Below are positions 13,197 to 26,298 of a stretch of 64,000 bases of DNA, one piece after another. This DNA comes from Octopus sinensis (lineage: Eukaryota). The notes under the pieces are model-generated. The model saw only the letters and a program-made list of their open reading frames with translations. It had not been told where the DNA came from and searched no databases. Made by a program: the position numbers and the translations under genes. The stretch is from positions 15,376,001 to 15,440,000 of the forward strand of contig NC_043005.1 in the NCBI RefSeq assembly GCF_006345805.1, given 5' to 3'. How positions within the stretch are numbered: position 1 is the stretch's first letter; every line of letters begins with the position of its first letter.

Positions 13197-13632
13197 GTGT
13201 GTTTGTGTGTCTGTGTTTGTCCCCTCTAGCATTGCTTGACAACCGATGCTGGTGTGTTTATGTCCCTGTAACTTAGCAGTTCGGCAAAAGAGACCGATAG
13301 AATAAGTACTGGGCTTACAAAAGAATAAGTTCCGGGGTCGAGTTGCTCGATTAAAGGCAGTGCTTCAGCATGGCCGCAGTCAGATGACTGAAACAAGTAA
13401 AAGAGTATATGTATGTGTGTATATATGTTTGTGTGTCTGTGTTTGTGCCCCCACGCTTGACAACCGATGGTGGTGTTTATGTCCCTGTAACTTAGTGGTT
13501 CGGCAAAAGAGACCATAGAATAAGTACTAAGCTTACAAAGAATAAGTCCTGGGGTCGATTTGCTCGACTAAAGGCGGTGCTCCAGCATGGCCACAGTCAA
13601 ATGACTGGAACAAGTAAAAGTGTAAAAGAGTA
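12984..13632 (+). mobile_element. SINE family 1 with a tandemly duplicated 3' half
   Basis: Head at 12984; body/tail repeated at ~13200-13410 and ~13430-13632. Confidence 0.85.
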
Positions 13633-14195
13633 AATGGGAAGTTGTCTTCACACTTTCCAAATTCTTATATATTTTGACAAGTAAAATAACGCTACTGCCA
13701 GGAAGCCAGTAATTCTGATCTTCATATCCTGCACCAAAACTTTATTATCTACTATTCTTTTTAAAGTTTCCTTATTTTTCTTTGTGTCTGTGTGTGTGGT
13801 TCCACATGCATTTGTGTGTGCCTATGTGTGTATTTGGATATATGTGTGTGTATGCGTTTGGATATATATGTGTGTGTGTTTGGATATATATGTGTGTGTA
13901 TGTGTTTCGTGTGTGCATGTGTTTCTAAGTTCCTCCAACAGCAGCACTAGCAGCACCAGCAGCAGCAGACCAGTAGCAGCACTATACTAAAATGACTAGG
14001 TATCAACAACAAATTAGACCATTACTGACTGAAGATAATAGATTTCCTCTTTACCTTGCAGACTTTAGTGAAAGCATGTGAATTAGCTTTGATAAATAAC
14101 CAGCATAAGTCACTTTAATTCGATGGAATCTCTGATTCAACTACTACTAATTCACTGATTGATATGCTGACAAGTCACAAAGCTCTGAATTTCTA

Positions 14196-14490
<295 letters not shown>

Positions 14491-14569
14491 AATCTACAAC
14501 TGTCTTTTTCCCATGTTGACATGGATTAGTTAGTTAGACAGACAGACAGACCGATAGAGAAATAGATAT

Positions 14570-15140
14570 GTTTCTTTATTAGCCTACAAAGTAGAGCTTT
14601 TCTTTTTTGGGGAAAGAAAAAAAAAGTGGGGTAGGTTTTCGATCAAAAGGGAAAGAAGAAAAAAAAAGGGGAAAAACCCCCAAAAAACGATCAATAGGGA
14701 TCGTGTATCACAGTGTCATGATGTAAAGTGTAAAGGGGGAAGCAGATAAGGTTTATCCGTGGAAAGAAAAGCCTACGAAAAAGACCACGGTAACCTCGGT
14801 CAATAATGTTACATGTTACCACATTTGTTTGCAAGTAGGTAACCCTCTGTTTTAAATTTTCTAGGTTCATAGGATTATGCTCAAGGTGGCTTCGTCATTC
14901 ATACGTGCCATCCTTGCTACATTCACCCATCTTTTTTTGAAACATTCACTAGACAAAACTTGCCTCTCTACTTTCACTTTCCTTTTCAAGTGATACTTGA
15001 AGAAGTTGATGAGAGATTGACCAGAGAGGAAAGTGTTTGTCTCTAATCCTTTCAGACGCATCCACCAGATACATTCTTTCACCATAGCCACAAGGATGAT
15101 GAAAATAGCTCTTCCTTCTCGTTTGAAGGAAGGAGGCGAA
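14570..15140 (-). mobile_element. 5'-truncated Tx1/L1-like non-LTR retrotransposon (ORF2 C-terminus + 3' UTR)
   Basis: Intact-looking C-terminal ORF ...KECIWWMRLKGL...LINFFKYHLKRKVKVERQVLS...RW ending at 14867; AATAAA on - at 14580-14575. Clade is inferred from recalled Tx1 ORF2 ends. Confidence 0.55.
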
Positions 15141-15198
15141 TGGATAGATGGATGGATGGATGGATGGATGGATAGATAGAGAGATAGATAGATGAATT

Positions 15199-15251
<53 letters not shown>

Positions 15252-15480
15252 GTAGGTAGGTAGGTAGGTTGGTAGGTAGGTTGTAGGTAGGTAGGTAGAT
15301 AGATAGATAGATAGATAGATAGATTGATTGATTGATAGATGAGTAGGTAGGTAGGTATGCATGTATGTATGTATGCATGTATGTATGTATGTATGTATGT
15401 ATGTATGTATGTATGTATGTATGTATGTATGTATGTATGTATGTATGTATGTAGGTAGGTAGGTAGGTAGATAATTAGTT
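15141..15480. repeat. Compound tetranucleotide microsatellite (GGAT)(AGAT)(AGGT)(ATGT)
   Basis: Directly visible. Confidence 0.95.
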
Positions 15481-15700
15481 AGATAGACAGAGAAATAGAC
15501 AGATCATAAGATAGAAATAGAGGAACTGATTGATTGATATATATCAATATTAAAGAAGAGCAAATAGGAAGCCAAGTGTTTATGATTTTCCTAACCACAT
15601 TACTTGTTTAAATTGAGTAAAATGGCTTTAACTTAGGAGTGAAACAGTATTTTCAAGTCATTTTAAAATGCTTTTCATTTACTATTTAGCATCATTGCAT

Positions 15701-15965
15701 ACCTGTAAGATACTTTGTGGTGAGTGTCATAAGCTCATAAAATACCTATGACAAGCATCATATTTATAGCAGACTTATTGATATATCTGATGATATATTA
15801 ATATTTGACTTATTGATATATCTGATGATATATCAATGTTTGTTATGTGCATCTTATGATGTCTTCCACAACATAAGCTTCCAGGTATAAGTATCATACA
15901 AGCTTATGATGCTTGTCACAAGCACCTTATAAGCTAATGATATTTGCCACAAGTATCTTATAGGT
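15701..15965. mobile_element. Diverged fold-back MITE
   Basis: Left arm acctgtaagatact..gtgg...tgacaagcatcata matches the reverse complement of the right arm; the centre holds a duplicated ttgatatatctgatgatatat. Confidence 0.6.
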
Positions 15966-16029
15966 TTACAAGGCCTCCTCTGAGGGATCTTATAGGCATC
16001 TAAACAGTCAAGGAAAGCAAGGTACTTGT

Positions 16030-16810
16030 TACTAAGTCATACTTGTTCATAAGTGATGACCATGCAATAGAATTATAATGTTCTGTATTATCAACACCAT
16101 CTTAGGCTTGCAAAGAATGAAGCTAGTATGCTCCGCTGGATGTGTAATGCCAGTGTGCATACATGACAGAGTGTAAGCACCCTGAGAGAAAAGTTGGACA
16201 TTAGAAGTATCAGACGTGGTGTGCAAGAGAGACGACTGTGCTGGTATGGTCATGTGTTGCATATGGATGAGGACAGCTGTGTGAAAAGGTGTCACATCCT
16301 AGCAGTAGAGGGAACTTGTCAAAGAGGAAGACCCAGGAAGACCTGGGATGAGGTGAAGCACAACCTTCAAACGTTGGGCTTTATGGAGGCTATGAGAAGT
16401 GACGAGACCTTTGGAGATATGATGTGCTTGAGAAGACTCGGCAAGCCAAGTGAGAATGTAACCATAGCCTATGCCAGTGCAGCATAACTGGCCCATCTAA
16501 GAGTACCCTTCAATCATTGTTGTGGCTGATGTCAGTACCGCCTGATTGGCACCCATGCCAGTGGCACATAAAAAGCATTCGAGCGTGGTCGATGCCAGTG
16601 CTGCCTGAGTGAACCCGTGCTGATGGCATGTAAAAAGCACCCACTACAATCTTGGAGTGGTTGGCGTTAGGAAGAGCATCCAGCTGTAGAAACACTGCCA
16701 GATCAGATTGGAGCCTGGTGCAGCCTTCTGAATTGCCAGCCCTCAGTCAAACCGTTCAACCCATGCCAACATGGTAAGGGGACGTTAAACGACGATGATG
16801 ATAATGATGA
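16030..16810 (+). mobile_element. RTE-clade LINE 3' fragment (RT C-terminus + shared 3' tail ending in (GAT)n)
   Basis: MLRWMCN...LREKLDIRSIRRGVQERRLCWYGHVLHMDEDSCVKRC...GRPRKTWDEV, then ggcgttaggaagagcatccagc and (gat)n. Confidence 0.85.
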
Positions 16811-18539
16811 TCTTTGTAGTATATCTTTTATCTTTTACTTGTTTCAGCCATTGGACTGCAACCATGCTGGGGTAATGCCTTGAAGGATTTTAGTCAAACA
16901 TATTGACCCTATCAAATTTTTAAAGTCTAGTACTATTTCTGTTGGTTTCTTTTACCAAACTTCTAAGTTATAGAGATGTAAACAAACCAACATTGATCAT
17001 CAAGCAGTTAGGGGAAGGGGACAAGCACACACACACACAATGGACTTTCACACAGTTTCCATTTATCAAATTTACTCACAAAGCATTGGTTGGTCTGAGG
17101 TTATGGTAAAGGCGGCGAGCTGGCTGAAATGTTAGTGCGCCGGGCGAAATGCTTAGCGATATTTCGTCTGCCTTTACGTTCTGAGTTCAAATTCCGCCGA
17201 GGTCGACTTTGCCTTTCATTCCTTGGGGGTCGATAAATTAAGTACCAGCTACGCACTGGGGTCGATGTAATCGACTTAATCACTTTACCTGTCCTTGTTT
17301 GTCCCCTCTGTGTTTAGCCCCTTGTGGGCAATAAAGAAATATGGTAAATGACACTTACCCAATGTAGCATGCACTGTGTCTGAACCAAAAACCATGTGGT
17401 TGCAAAACGAGCGTCTTATCTACGTAGCTACATACAATTTTTATATCAACACCACATTTTAACCAGTTTTGTCTCTGATTCATTAGGTTCTTGTTTATGG
17501 AACATGTACATTGTAACAGACTGAGTTCAAACTAGGGAGTTTTATTTCTATAGCAATCATTTTCTAATATGACTGTATGGTTTAGAAGTTCTCTTTGCAA
17601 AGATATGATTTTTGGTTCAACCCCACTGCAGCATACTTTGGGCAAATGTCTTCTACTGTAACCTCAGGTCAACCAAAATACCTTGTAACTGAAAGTAAGT
17701 GGAAACCACGAGGAAGCCTATCTAAGGGACCATTCTTGTGTTGGGGTGGTGACTTAGTCTGAAACCCCTACTCCATCCATTTTATCATCACCAGCTGACC
17801 CTTAAATGTGTTTAGCAGGGTTCACTCTGCTATGAATATCCAAGTCAGCTCTCTAGTCTATTGATAACTTCCTATCCAACCCCCACGCTAATATTGGAGC
17901 CCTGAAAATGTTCATGGATACAGCATTTATTCTTCTTAGTAAAAAAAAAACAAAAAAAGAAAACCTAAAACCCTCTATCATACTAACCTGGATGGACTCA
18001 AACTAGGAAGTTTATTTCTTAATTAAAGATAATTATGTTCACATTGTCCAGTAAATTACAGGTGCATAGAGGATTAGATTAGGTTAGGATTCACATAAAT
18101 AAATGAATACTTGTAATTTAACGAGTGATCATCTCAGTGGCTGAAACTGAAGTACTATAAATGCTTAAAGTTCTTTAACCCTTTAGTGCTCAGATTACTC
18201 CGTCAAATGTAATGCCTATTTATACACATTGTTTTAAAATAATTATATATTAGCTTATAACTTTGAGGTTTCAACTATGTAATTTCTTATTTTTAGAACG
18301 ACTTTGTAGGATAATTGTGAGGGGGCTGGACCTAGCTAGTGTAAACATAAAGCAAGTAAAATATTTGGGCCTAGTGACTGGTTGAAATGCTAAAAGATTA
18401 AAGAACTTTACAGCACACTGTTAACTGAACCAATTGGATAATAAAGGCAACAAAAGATGAGTGACAAATGAGAAGTGAAATTTGTTGTAGTTTAGACAAG
18501 ATGACTATATTCACTTCCTACATACAGCTTTATACATCT

Positions 18540-18782
18540 AAACACAACCACACTCCCACACATACACACACATACACACACATTCACACACACACACACA
18601 CACACACACTCACATGCATACACAGACACACACACACTCACACATGCACATACACTCAGATATACACACATACCCAAACACATACATATACACACACATA
18701 AATGTACACTCTCACTCTCTTACTCCTTTGTTTCTCTATGCCTCTCTTTCTCTCATTCATTCACACACACACACACACACAA
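18540..18782. repeat. Degenerate (CA)n microsatellite
   Basis: Directly visible. Confidence 0.9.
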
Positions 18783-18804
18783 AGTTTCTCTGTCTCATGT
18801 AAAA

Positions 18805-19214
18805 CCAGCAGTATTGCCCGGCGTTGCTCGGGTTTGTAAGGGAAATAACTGTATAAGCATTTTTAGAGAGTTATAGCCAAAAAATAGCAAGAAAATGGAA
18901 AAAAAATTATAGGCAAGAAAATGGAAATTATGGTAAATTTTTTTTAAATCGTTGACTCATCGTAGACATTTTTAGAGAGTTACTTCCCTTATATAATAGC
19001 GAAAAAAATGCATTAAAATGGAAAAAAATGATGGTAATTTTTTTTTAAATCGTAGACTCATCGTAGACGTGCGCTAATACCCAGAAGGGCTCGATATGAA
19101 TCACGACTATAAGATAGCCGGTTTTGGTTAAACTGCACCGCAAAATGTGGGAGTAGTTAGGAATCTAAATCGTAGGAGACAGACAGCACACAACTTCACT
19201 TTTATATATAAAGA
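18805..19214 (-). mobile_element. Non-autonomous Helitron
   Basis: Reverse copy with a TC start at 19214 and hairpin + CTGG (CTRR) end at 18805. Confidence 0.88.
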
Positions 19215-21047
19215 TTATTTGGGAACCACCTGTGGAACTGGATTACAGATTGTTGGATCTGAGAATGTTGACCTGTATTTACATAGGAATTATTAGTTCA
19301 AGTACTTTTACAACAACCTTATATTTTTTCCCCATTTTTTCCTAGTTTTAATCACTCAACCATGAAGTAGCCTCAAAAATATTGAAAAGAAAAAAATTGG
19401 ATTAGCATAATGTACATTGTTATGTAAGAAAATATGAGATCAACATTTTATGAATGGGCCTTTCCTTAGAAAAGAAATGAAAACTGTAATAACTAATGGT
19501 GTCATTGTAGGTCAGTTCTGATGGAGCAGGTCTATGATCAAAAGCATTCCATATATGACCAACCTAACTTTTTATATGTTTAGAGCTATTGTCCAATATG
19601 CCTTTTATCCATTTACACATTATCTCTTTCTGTCAATCCTCTTCACCTTATACTGTCAAATTAGCACCTGCTCCCCAAATCATATGTATCTGTTGTATGA
19701 GGAACAAAGTGCGATTCACCTACCTCTCAGGTTTCCTTACAGTGTTGACTAATCCAGCTGGGTTACATCCAAAAAGCAGTCTACCTGCCTAACCTATCCC
19801 CAGAACCTAACAGCAAATTCCCTCTCTAGCTCATATGTCCACATGTGTCTGTCGGCCACGACTGCCCTGAAGCAAAGAGGTCCACTCTGGTTCTACTTCT
19901 ACCCATGTGGCCTCCTTCACTCATGCTTTTCTGGTAGGGCCCCTCAAGCATTGAGTCACTGACCCTTTTCTCTTGGTTCACCTCATCCCCACAGTATCAT
20001 TGACTACCCCTCCATCATTTACTACATTCACTCCTTTCCAATCTTTAGTCATCAGCTACTCTCTCCTACCTTCCATCCAACTCATATTTTATCATCAAAA
20101 TCCACCCTGCCTCTGTCCCACTTTACCATTCAATATATTTGCACCCTTACATCATAACTTACCATTCCTCATTCTTACTTCCTCTATCCATCCTCCTTTT
20201 CTGTCCTTCCCTTAGGGCCCAACCTAACACCTTATCATCATCATCTTTATTTCTCTTTCCATCTCCACAGTGATTAATGCCACTCACTCTTGTATAATAT
20301 GAACAGCCATGTATCTCCTCTACAGCAAGAAACCTCTTTTGGTTCCATCTATCAAACCCTGATAACACTGCCTCCCTCTCTACTGTAGCCTCATTCAAAT
20401 GATGGAGATCATAATACTGTGAGCTACACGGAAACCTCACTAGTGATAGTGCCATAAAGAAAGTAAAAAAACAAAAATCAAAGAAAAACACTCTGTATAC
20501 TGTAGGGTGTTTGGCATTAGGAAGGGTATCAAGCTGTAGAAACCAAGTCAAAGAAGACATAGGAGTATGATACAGTCCTTCAACTCATCAGATCTGGTCA
20601 AATCATCTAACCAATGTCAGCATGGAAGATAAACATTAAATGATGATGATGACATCAGTACAATATGATTTGAGGGAATTTTCAGCTGATATAGTGTGTA
20701 ATTTGAGGGAATTTGGTTGCTATTCCTAGCGTGGTGTGATCATGTAGGTGTGCCTTCTTTGATTAATTTAAGTGCTAACTATATATATATATATCATCAT
20801 CATCATCATCATCGTTTAACGTCCGCTTTCCATGCTGACATGGGTTGGACGATTTGACTGAGGACTGGTGAACCAGATGGCCTGCACCAGGCTCCAATCT
20901 GATCTGGCAGAGTTTCTACAGCTGGATGCCCTTCCTAATGCCAACCACTCTAAGAGTGTAGTGGGTGCTTTTATGTGCATATATATACACACACACTATA
21001 TTAAATCTCTGAGTAAGATATAAACAGTAGCAGTATGGAACTGTAAC

Positions 21048-21306
21048 ATATAATTGCCAAGTGTGGCGTCCTATACAGGACAATGCTACTGACGTTTATA
21101 GCCCCAGGAAGATATCTCCTCCAGCTGCCTAACGACACACATTCTGTGTCCGATTAGTATTTGTGAAGGGAGTGATGACCTCTCCTTGTAAATACTAGTC
21201 GGACACAGAATGTGTGTTGTTAGCCAGCAGGAGGAGATGTCTTCCTGGGGTTATAAACGTCAGTAGCACTGTCCTGTATAGGATGCCACTTGTTTGGCAA
21301 TTATAT
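21048..21306. mobile_element. Near-perfect ~260-bp fold-back element (MITE-like)
   Basis: Arms of ~125 bp are reverse complements around a ~9-nt loop near 21173; TA-rich flanks. Confidence 0.8.
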
Positions 21307-21319
21307 ATATATATATCCA

Positions 21320-22520
21320 TTTTATATTCTTAATTTCCCGCATGCACATTGTTTTTGATTTTGTCGACAACACAGTATAGTAGGATCAGTTGGGCACTGT
21401 CTGTGAAAAAAACAGCACCATGATGCCAGAAATTTGGAAATGACATGTTGTACTGCTTGGCATTTGCACTACAGACTCCAATACGAACATTTCAGAGTGT
21501 TTGGGTGTCAATCTGAGGACAGTGCAGAGGATTCAGAAAAAGTTGGATGAGTCTAATGGTAATTACAAAGGTACGGCAGCTCAGAAAACTCCCTCTGATT
21601 ATTCTGATAAGAAAAGAACTCCTGAATTGGTGAGATCCAGGCCATGATTAATAATAATCCCACCAAGTCAATCAGGTCCATCGCTAATGACATGATAGTG
21701 TCTGAGTTTCTTATCAGGCAAGTTGTGCATGGAGACATTCAGTATTCCTCATACAAAATGAGAAAGGGTCAATTTTTATCCCAAGCCATCAAGGACAAGA
21801 AGAAAGACTGTGCTACAAAGCTTTTGAACAAACTCAAGCATCCCCTCCAACCAAACATGCTTTGTTTTCTCAAACAAGAAAAATTTCTGCCAGGATCAGA
21901 TGGTGAACACTCAGAACAAATGTTGATTTGCTGTGTCCCCAAAACATGTGCTGAGAATGATAAAAATCAAACATCCAGTCAACATCCTGTGATCACTGAT
22001 GATGGTGACGTTAAGCCTCCATTCATCTTCCCACATGGTCTCAGACTCAACACGGAAGCCTTTGTCAAGAGCCTAGAGAGGTAGTGTTGCCCTGGGTCAA
22101 GAGGGTGGCTGCTGGAAGACCCTATATCTGGCAACAAGACTCTGCACCATGCTACACACGTAGGAGAACTCAGTCATTGCTGTCAGGCAATTTCTGCGAC
22201 CACATCACCCTTAACATCTGGCCACTTAACTCCCCAGACTGCAACCCCTTAATTATTATGTATGGGATACAACAAAACTCTTTGTAACACCAAAGATGAA
22301 CTGTAGAGTGTTTTAATGGAGGTAAGATAACTGAAGGCACGGATTATCGCAATATCCAGAAGAGTTGCAGAAGATTCCGAACTTGTCTAGAGGCTATGGT
22401 TGAAGCCAATGGCGATTTTATTGAATAAATTTACTCTTTAGTATTTTAAGATATTTTTATGTAATTTTGGTAAATATATCTGTTAAAATGAGACATCAGT
22501 GTTATTTTCATTTTTGTAAC
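21320..22520 (+). mobile_element. Decayed Tc1/mariner (maT, DD37D-type) transposon
   Basis: PTKSIRSIA HTH, QDQMVNTQN, GDVKPPFIFPHGLRLNTE, WQQDSAPC...WPLNSPDCNPL; 37 residues from the second D to the position of the third; frameshifts. Confidence 0.88.
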
Positions 22521-22759
22521 TTAGGTGGTTAGGGAGCTTGCTTCCTAGCTACATGGTTCCGGGTTCAGTCCCACTGCGTGGCACTTTGGGCTTGTGTCTT
22601 CTACTATAGCCCCAAGTCGACCGAAGCTTTGTGATTGAATTCTGTAGGTGGAAGTTACTGCCGTGTGTGTAGGTGCTCAGTGCCTCTCCGAAAGAGAGAA
22701 AGAGAGGGATAACAATCAATAAATTGCAGGCTTCACTTGAAGTTTGGGAATTAATAAAT

Positions 22760-24030
22760 TGTTGTCTAAATTATGCAAAATGAAAATAACACTGACATCA
22801 CATTTTAACGGATATATTTACCAAAAACTACATAGAAATATCTTAAAATACTAAAGAGTAAATTTATTCAATAAAATTGCCACTGGATTCAACCACAGCT
22901 TCCAGACAATTTTGGAATCTACTGCAACTCTTTTGGACAGTCTCCTTGTTTAAGTTGGTGAATGCTGCTGTAATCCTTGCCTTCAGTTCATCTTTGGTGT
23001 TACAAGGAGTTTTGTTGGTCTCTCACTCAACAGCACCCCACACATAATAATCAAGGGAGTTGCAGATGTTAGGGGTAATGTGGTCACAGAAATTGTCTGA
23101 CACCCACGACTGGGTTCTCTTGCTTGTGTGGCATGGTGCAGAGTCCTGTTGTGACAAGAGATTGGATTAAAAGAGTTAGATCCTTTTGATTGAATAATTC
23201 AACACATTGTTGCCTTGAAAGGCATGGTATGATTTGTTGTAAAAATACTAGCAGTATCGCCCGGTGTTGCTCGGGTTTGTAAGGGAAATAACTATATAAG
23301 CATTTTTAGAGAGTTATAACCAAAAAATAGCAAAAAAATGCATTAAAAATGGAAAAAAAATTATGGTAAATTTTTTTTTAAATCGTTGACTCATCATAGA
23401 CATTTTTAGAGAGTTACTTCCCTTATATAATAGCGAAAAAAATGCATTAAAATGGAAAAAAATGATGGTAAATTTTTTTTTAAATCGTAGACTCATCGTA
23501 GACGCGCGCTAATACCCAGAAGGGCTCGATATGAATCACGACTATAAGATACCCGGTTTTGGTTACACTGCACCGCAAAATGTGGGAGTAGTTAGGAATC
23601 TAAATTGTAGGAGACAGACACACAACCTTACTTTTATATATAAAGATTATCAGAGTCAAAACAATGTTTCATCATTTCATTTTTTATGTTTATTAATTTT
23701 TTCATTTTTTTGTCTTATTGAGGGTTAAACAGTTTTTTTTAGTTGAAGGAGATAACCAAAAGTACTGATATTTTTCATAAAACATGGGGAAATAACCCAA
23801 TTTTTTAATGGAGGTAAGATAACCAAAAAGTACCCAAATGCCAAGCAGTACAACATGACATTTCCAAATTTCTGGCAGAGTGAATTGCGTCATGGTACTA
23901 TTTCTCTCACAGACAGTGCCCAACTGACCCTACTATACTGTGTAGCTAACAAAAAAAAACAAAAAAACAATGCGCATGCACGAAATCAAAAGTATAAAAT
24001 GGCAACAATTCACCCATCTCACCATGTATA
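22760..24030 (-). mobile_element. Second, internally deleted copy of the same maT family, interrupted by a Helitron
   Basis: 22760-23150 is the reverse complement of the 3' part of 21320-22520, and 23810-23960 of its 5' part. Confidence 0.75.
23248..23646 (-). mobile_element. Non-autonomous Helitron
   Basis: A|CTAG at 23248, hairpin, TC start at 23646. Confidence 0.9.
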
Positions 24031-24314
24031 TATATATATATATCTTAAGTAGTTTGAGGGTTGTTCTGTACAATGGCTATAATTGTACTTGACCTCATGA
24101 CCTTGCTGTCAGTTTTCTACTAGCCTTAAACTCACAGCAAAGCTATTGTACTTCCAATTAAAGCGAATTATTTTTCTATTGTCTCTCAGCACAAAAACCA
24201 GTTTGTTTTTTGTTTTTGTTTGTTCGGTTTTTTACTTGTGGACCAGTAGGAATAATTGATCAGATTGATCTTGGTATATAATCTTCTTTCATATGACACC
24301 TCACTACCCTGAGT

Positions 24315-24363
<49 letters not shown>

Positions 24364-24554
24364 TACACTTGCATGCGTATTTGAATATCCGTTGGGTGGT
24401 TGTTCCAGACAAACAAGGTCACTCAGATGGAGAATACCTGTCTGAAAAAGGATTACATAACGGCTGTAAGTATCTGAGGAACAAAAACATACAACGGCGG
24501 TGCATCAGCATGGCCACAGCTCTGAGCTGAAACTAGAAAAAAAACAAAAAAAAA

Positions 24555-24562
24555 TACAAACT

Positions 24563-24594
<32 letters not shown>

Positions 24595-25100
24595 CAAATC
24601 TGCAAACATGCATGCGCACACACATCCATAAACATGTACACACACACACATCCTCACACAGTCATATACTCACATATGCATGTATGCACGCATACACACA
24701 CACACATCCACAAACATGCATGCACACACACATCCATAAACATGCATGCACACACACATCCATAAACATGCATGCACACACACATCCATAAACATGCATG
24801 CACACACACATCCATAAACATGTACACACACACACACACCCTCACACAGTCATATACTCACATATGCATGTATGCACGCATACACACACACACATCCACA
24901 AACATGCATGCACATACACACACACATCCATAAACATGTAGACACACACACACACACACCCTCACACAGTCATATACTCACATATGCATGTATGCACGCA
25001 TACACACACACACATCCACAAACATGCATGCACACACACACACACATCCATAAACATGCATGCACACACACACACACACACACTCACACAGAGTCCCATT
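24555..25100. repeat. CA-rich minisatellite with higher-order repeat structure
   Basis: Short cacacatccataaacatgcatgca units nested in a longer unit starting ctcacacagtcatatactcacatatg at ~24654, 24842 and 24962. Confidence 0.85.
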
Positions 25101-25104
25101 CTCA

Positions 25105-25460
25105 CATGTTCATGTCGCCTTGGGCATGTGTCTTCTACTATAGCCATGAGCCAACTAAAGCCTTGTGAGTGGATTTGGTAGACGGAAACTGAAAGAAGCC
25201 CAACGTATATATGTATATATGTACGTGTGCGTATATGTTTGTGTGTCTGCGTTTGTCCCCCCTCCCCAAACATCGCTTGACAACTGATGCTAGTGTGTTT
25301 ACATCCCCGTAACTTAGCAGTTCGGCAAGAAGAGACCGATAGAATAAGTACTAGGCTTACAAAGAATAAGTCCTGGGGTCGATGTGCTCAACTAAAGGTG
25401 GTGCTACAGCATGGCCACAGTTAAATGACTGAAACAAGTAAGAGAGTAAAAGAGTAAAGA
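25105..25460 (+). mobile_element. SINE family 1 (5'-truncated)
   Basis: Body and tail match 281-663. Confidence 0.8.
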
Positions 25461-25755
25461 GTATAAAAATAAGGTCCCAGTACTTTGGGTCTTGTTACCT
25501 TTATAGATGCAGTGAAAAGTAAAATAAAGAAAAAAACGTCATTGTAACGATTTGCTCGACTAAGGGCAGTGCTCCAGCATGGCCACAGTCAAATGACTGA
25601 AACAAGTAAAAGAGAAAGAGTAATAAAAACCATTTCATTCATAAAATCCTGAAAATATTTTGCTTATTGCTACCATTTATAGAAGAACCACACAAAAGAT
25701 GACTGCCAAATAGAACAAAATAAACACAGAGATTAAAATCTATGCAGTTGAAATA

Positions 25756-26154
25756 TCTTTATATATAAAAGTGAGGTTGTGTGCTGTCTGTCTCCTACGA
25801 TTTAGATTCCTAACTACTCCCACATTTTGCGATGCAGTTTAACCAAAAGCAGGTATCTTATAGTCGTGATTCATATCGAGCCCTTCTGGGTATTAGAGTG
25901 CGTCTACGATGAGTCTACGATTTAAAAAAAAATTTACCATCAATTTTTCCCATTTTTAATGCATTTTTGGCATATATAAGGGAAGTAACTCTCTAAAAAT
26001 TTATTATTAAATCTCAGAACGTAAAAAGCTACAGTAACACCCCCTTCCTTTGTGGTTAGCCATATTGAGATGTCTATTATACTTTACATCTCTAAAAATG
26101 CTTATATAGTTATTTCCCTTACAAACCCCGAGCAACGCCGGGCGATACTGCTAG
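25756..26154 (+). mobile_element. Non-autonomous Helitron
   Basis: A|TC ... hairpin ... CTAG|T. Confidence 0.9.
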
Positions 26155-26298
26155 TTACAAATAAGAAAACATATTTTAATCTTCAAATACTGAAAATATT
26201 TCATGTTATTACCATTTGTAAAAATTTCACATGGACACGACAAAAAAAATATTGCAATTAAATTACAATGGTAAAAGATTAAAAAGTGTGCAAATATT

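Noticed and set aside
13630-14135. Exon-like - strand stretches (GYEDQNYWLPG...; RFHRIKVTYAGYLSK...)
   Set aside because: Weak splice sites, incompatible phases between them, and no recognisable homology.
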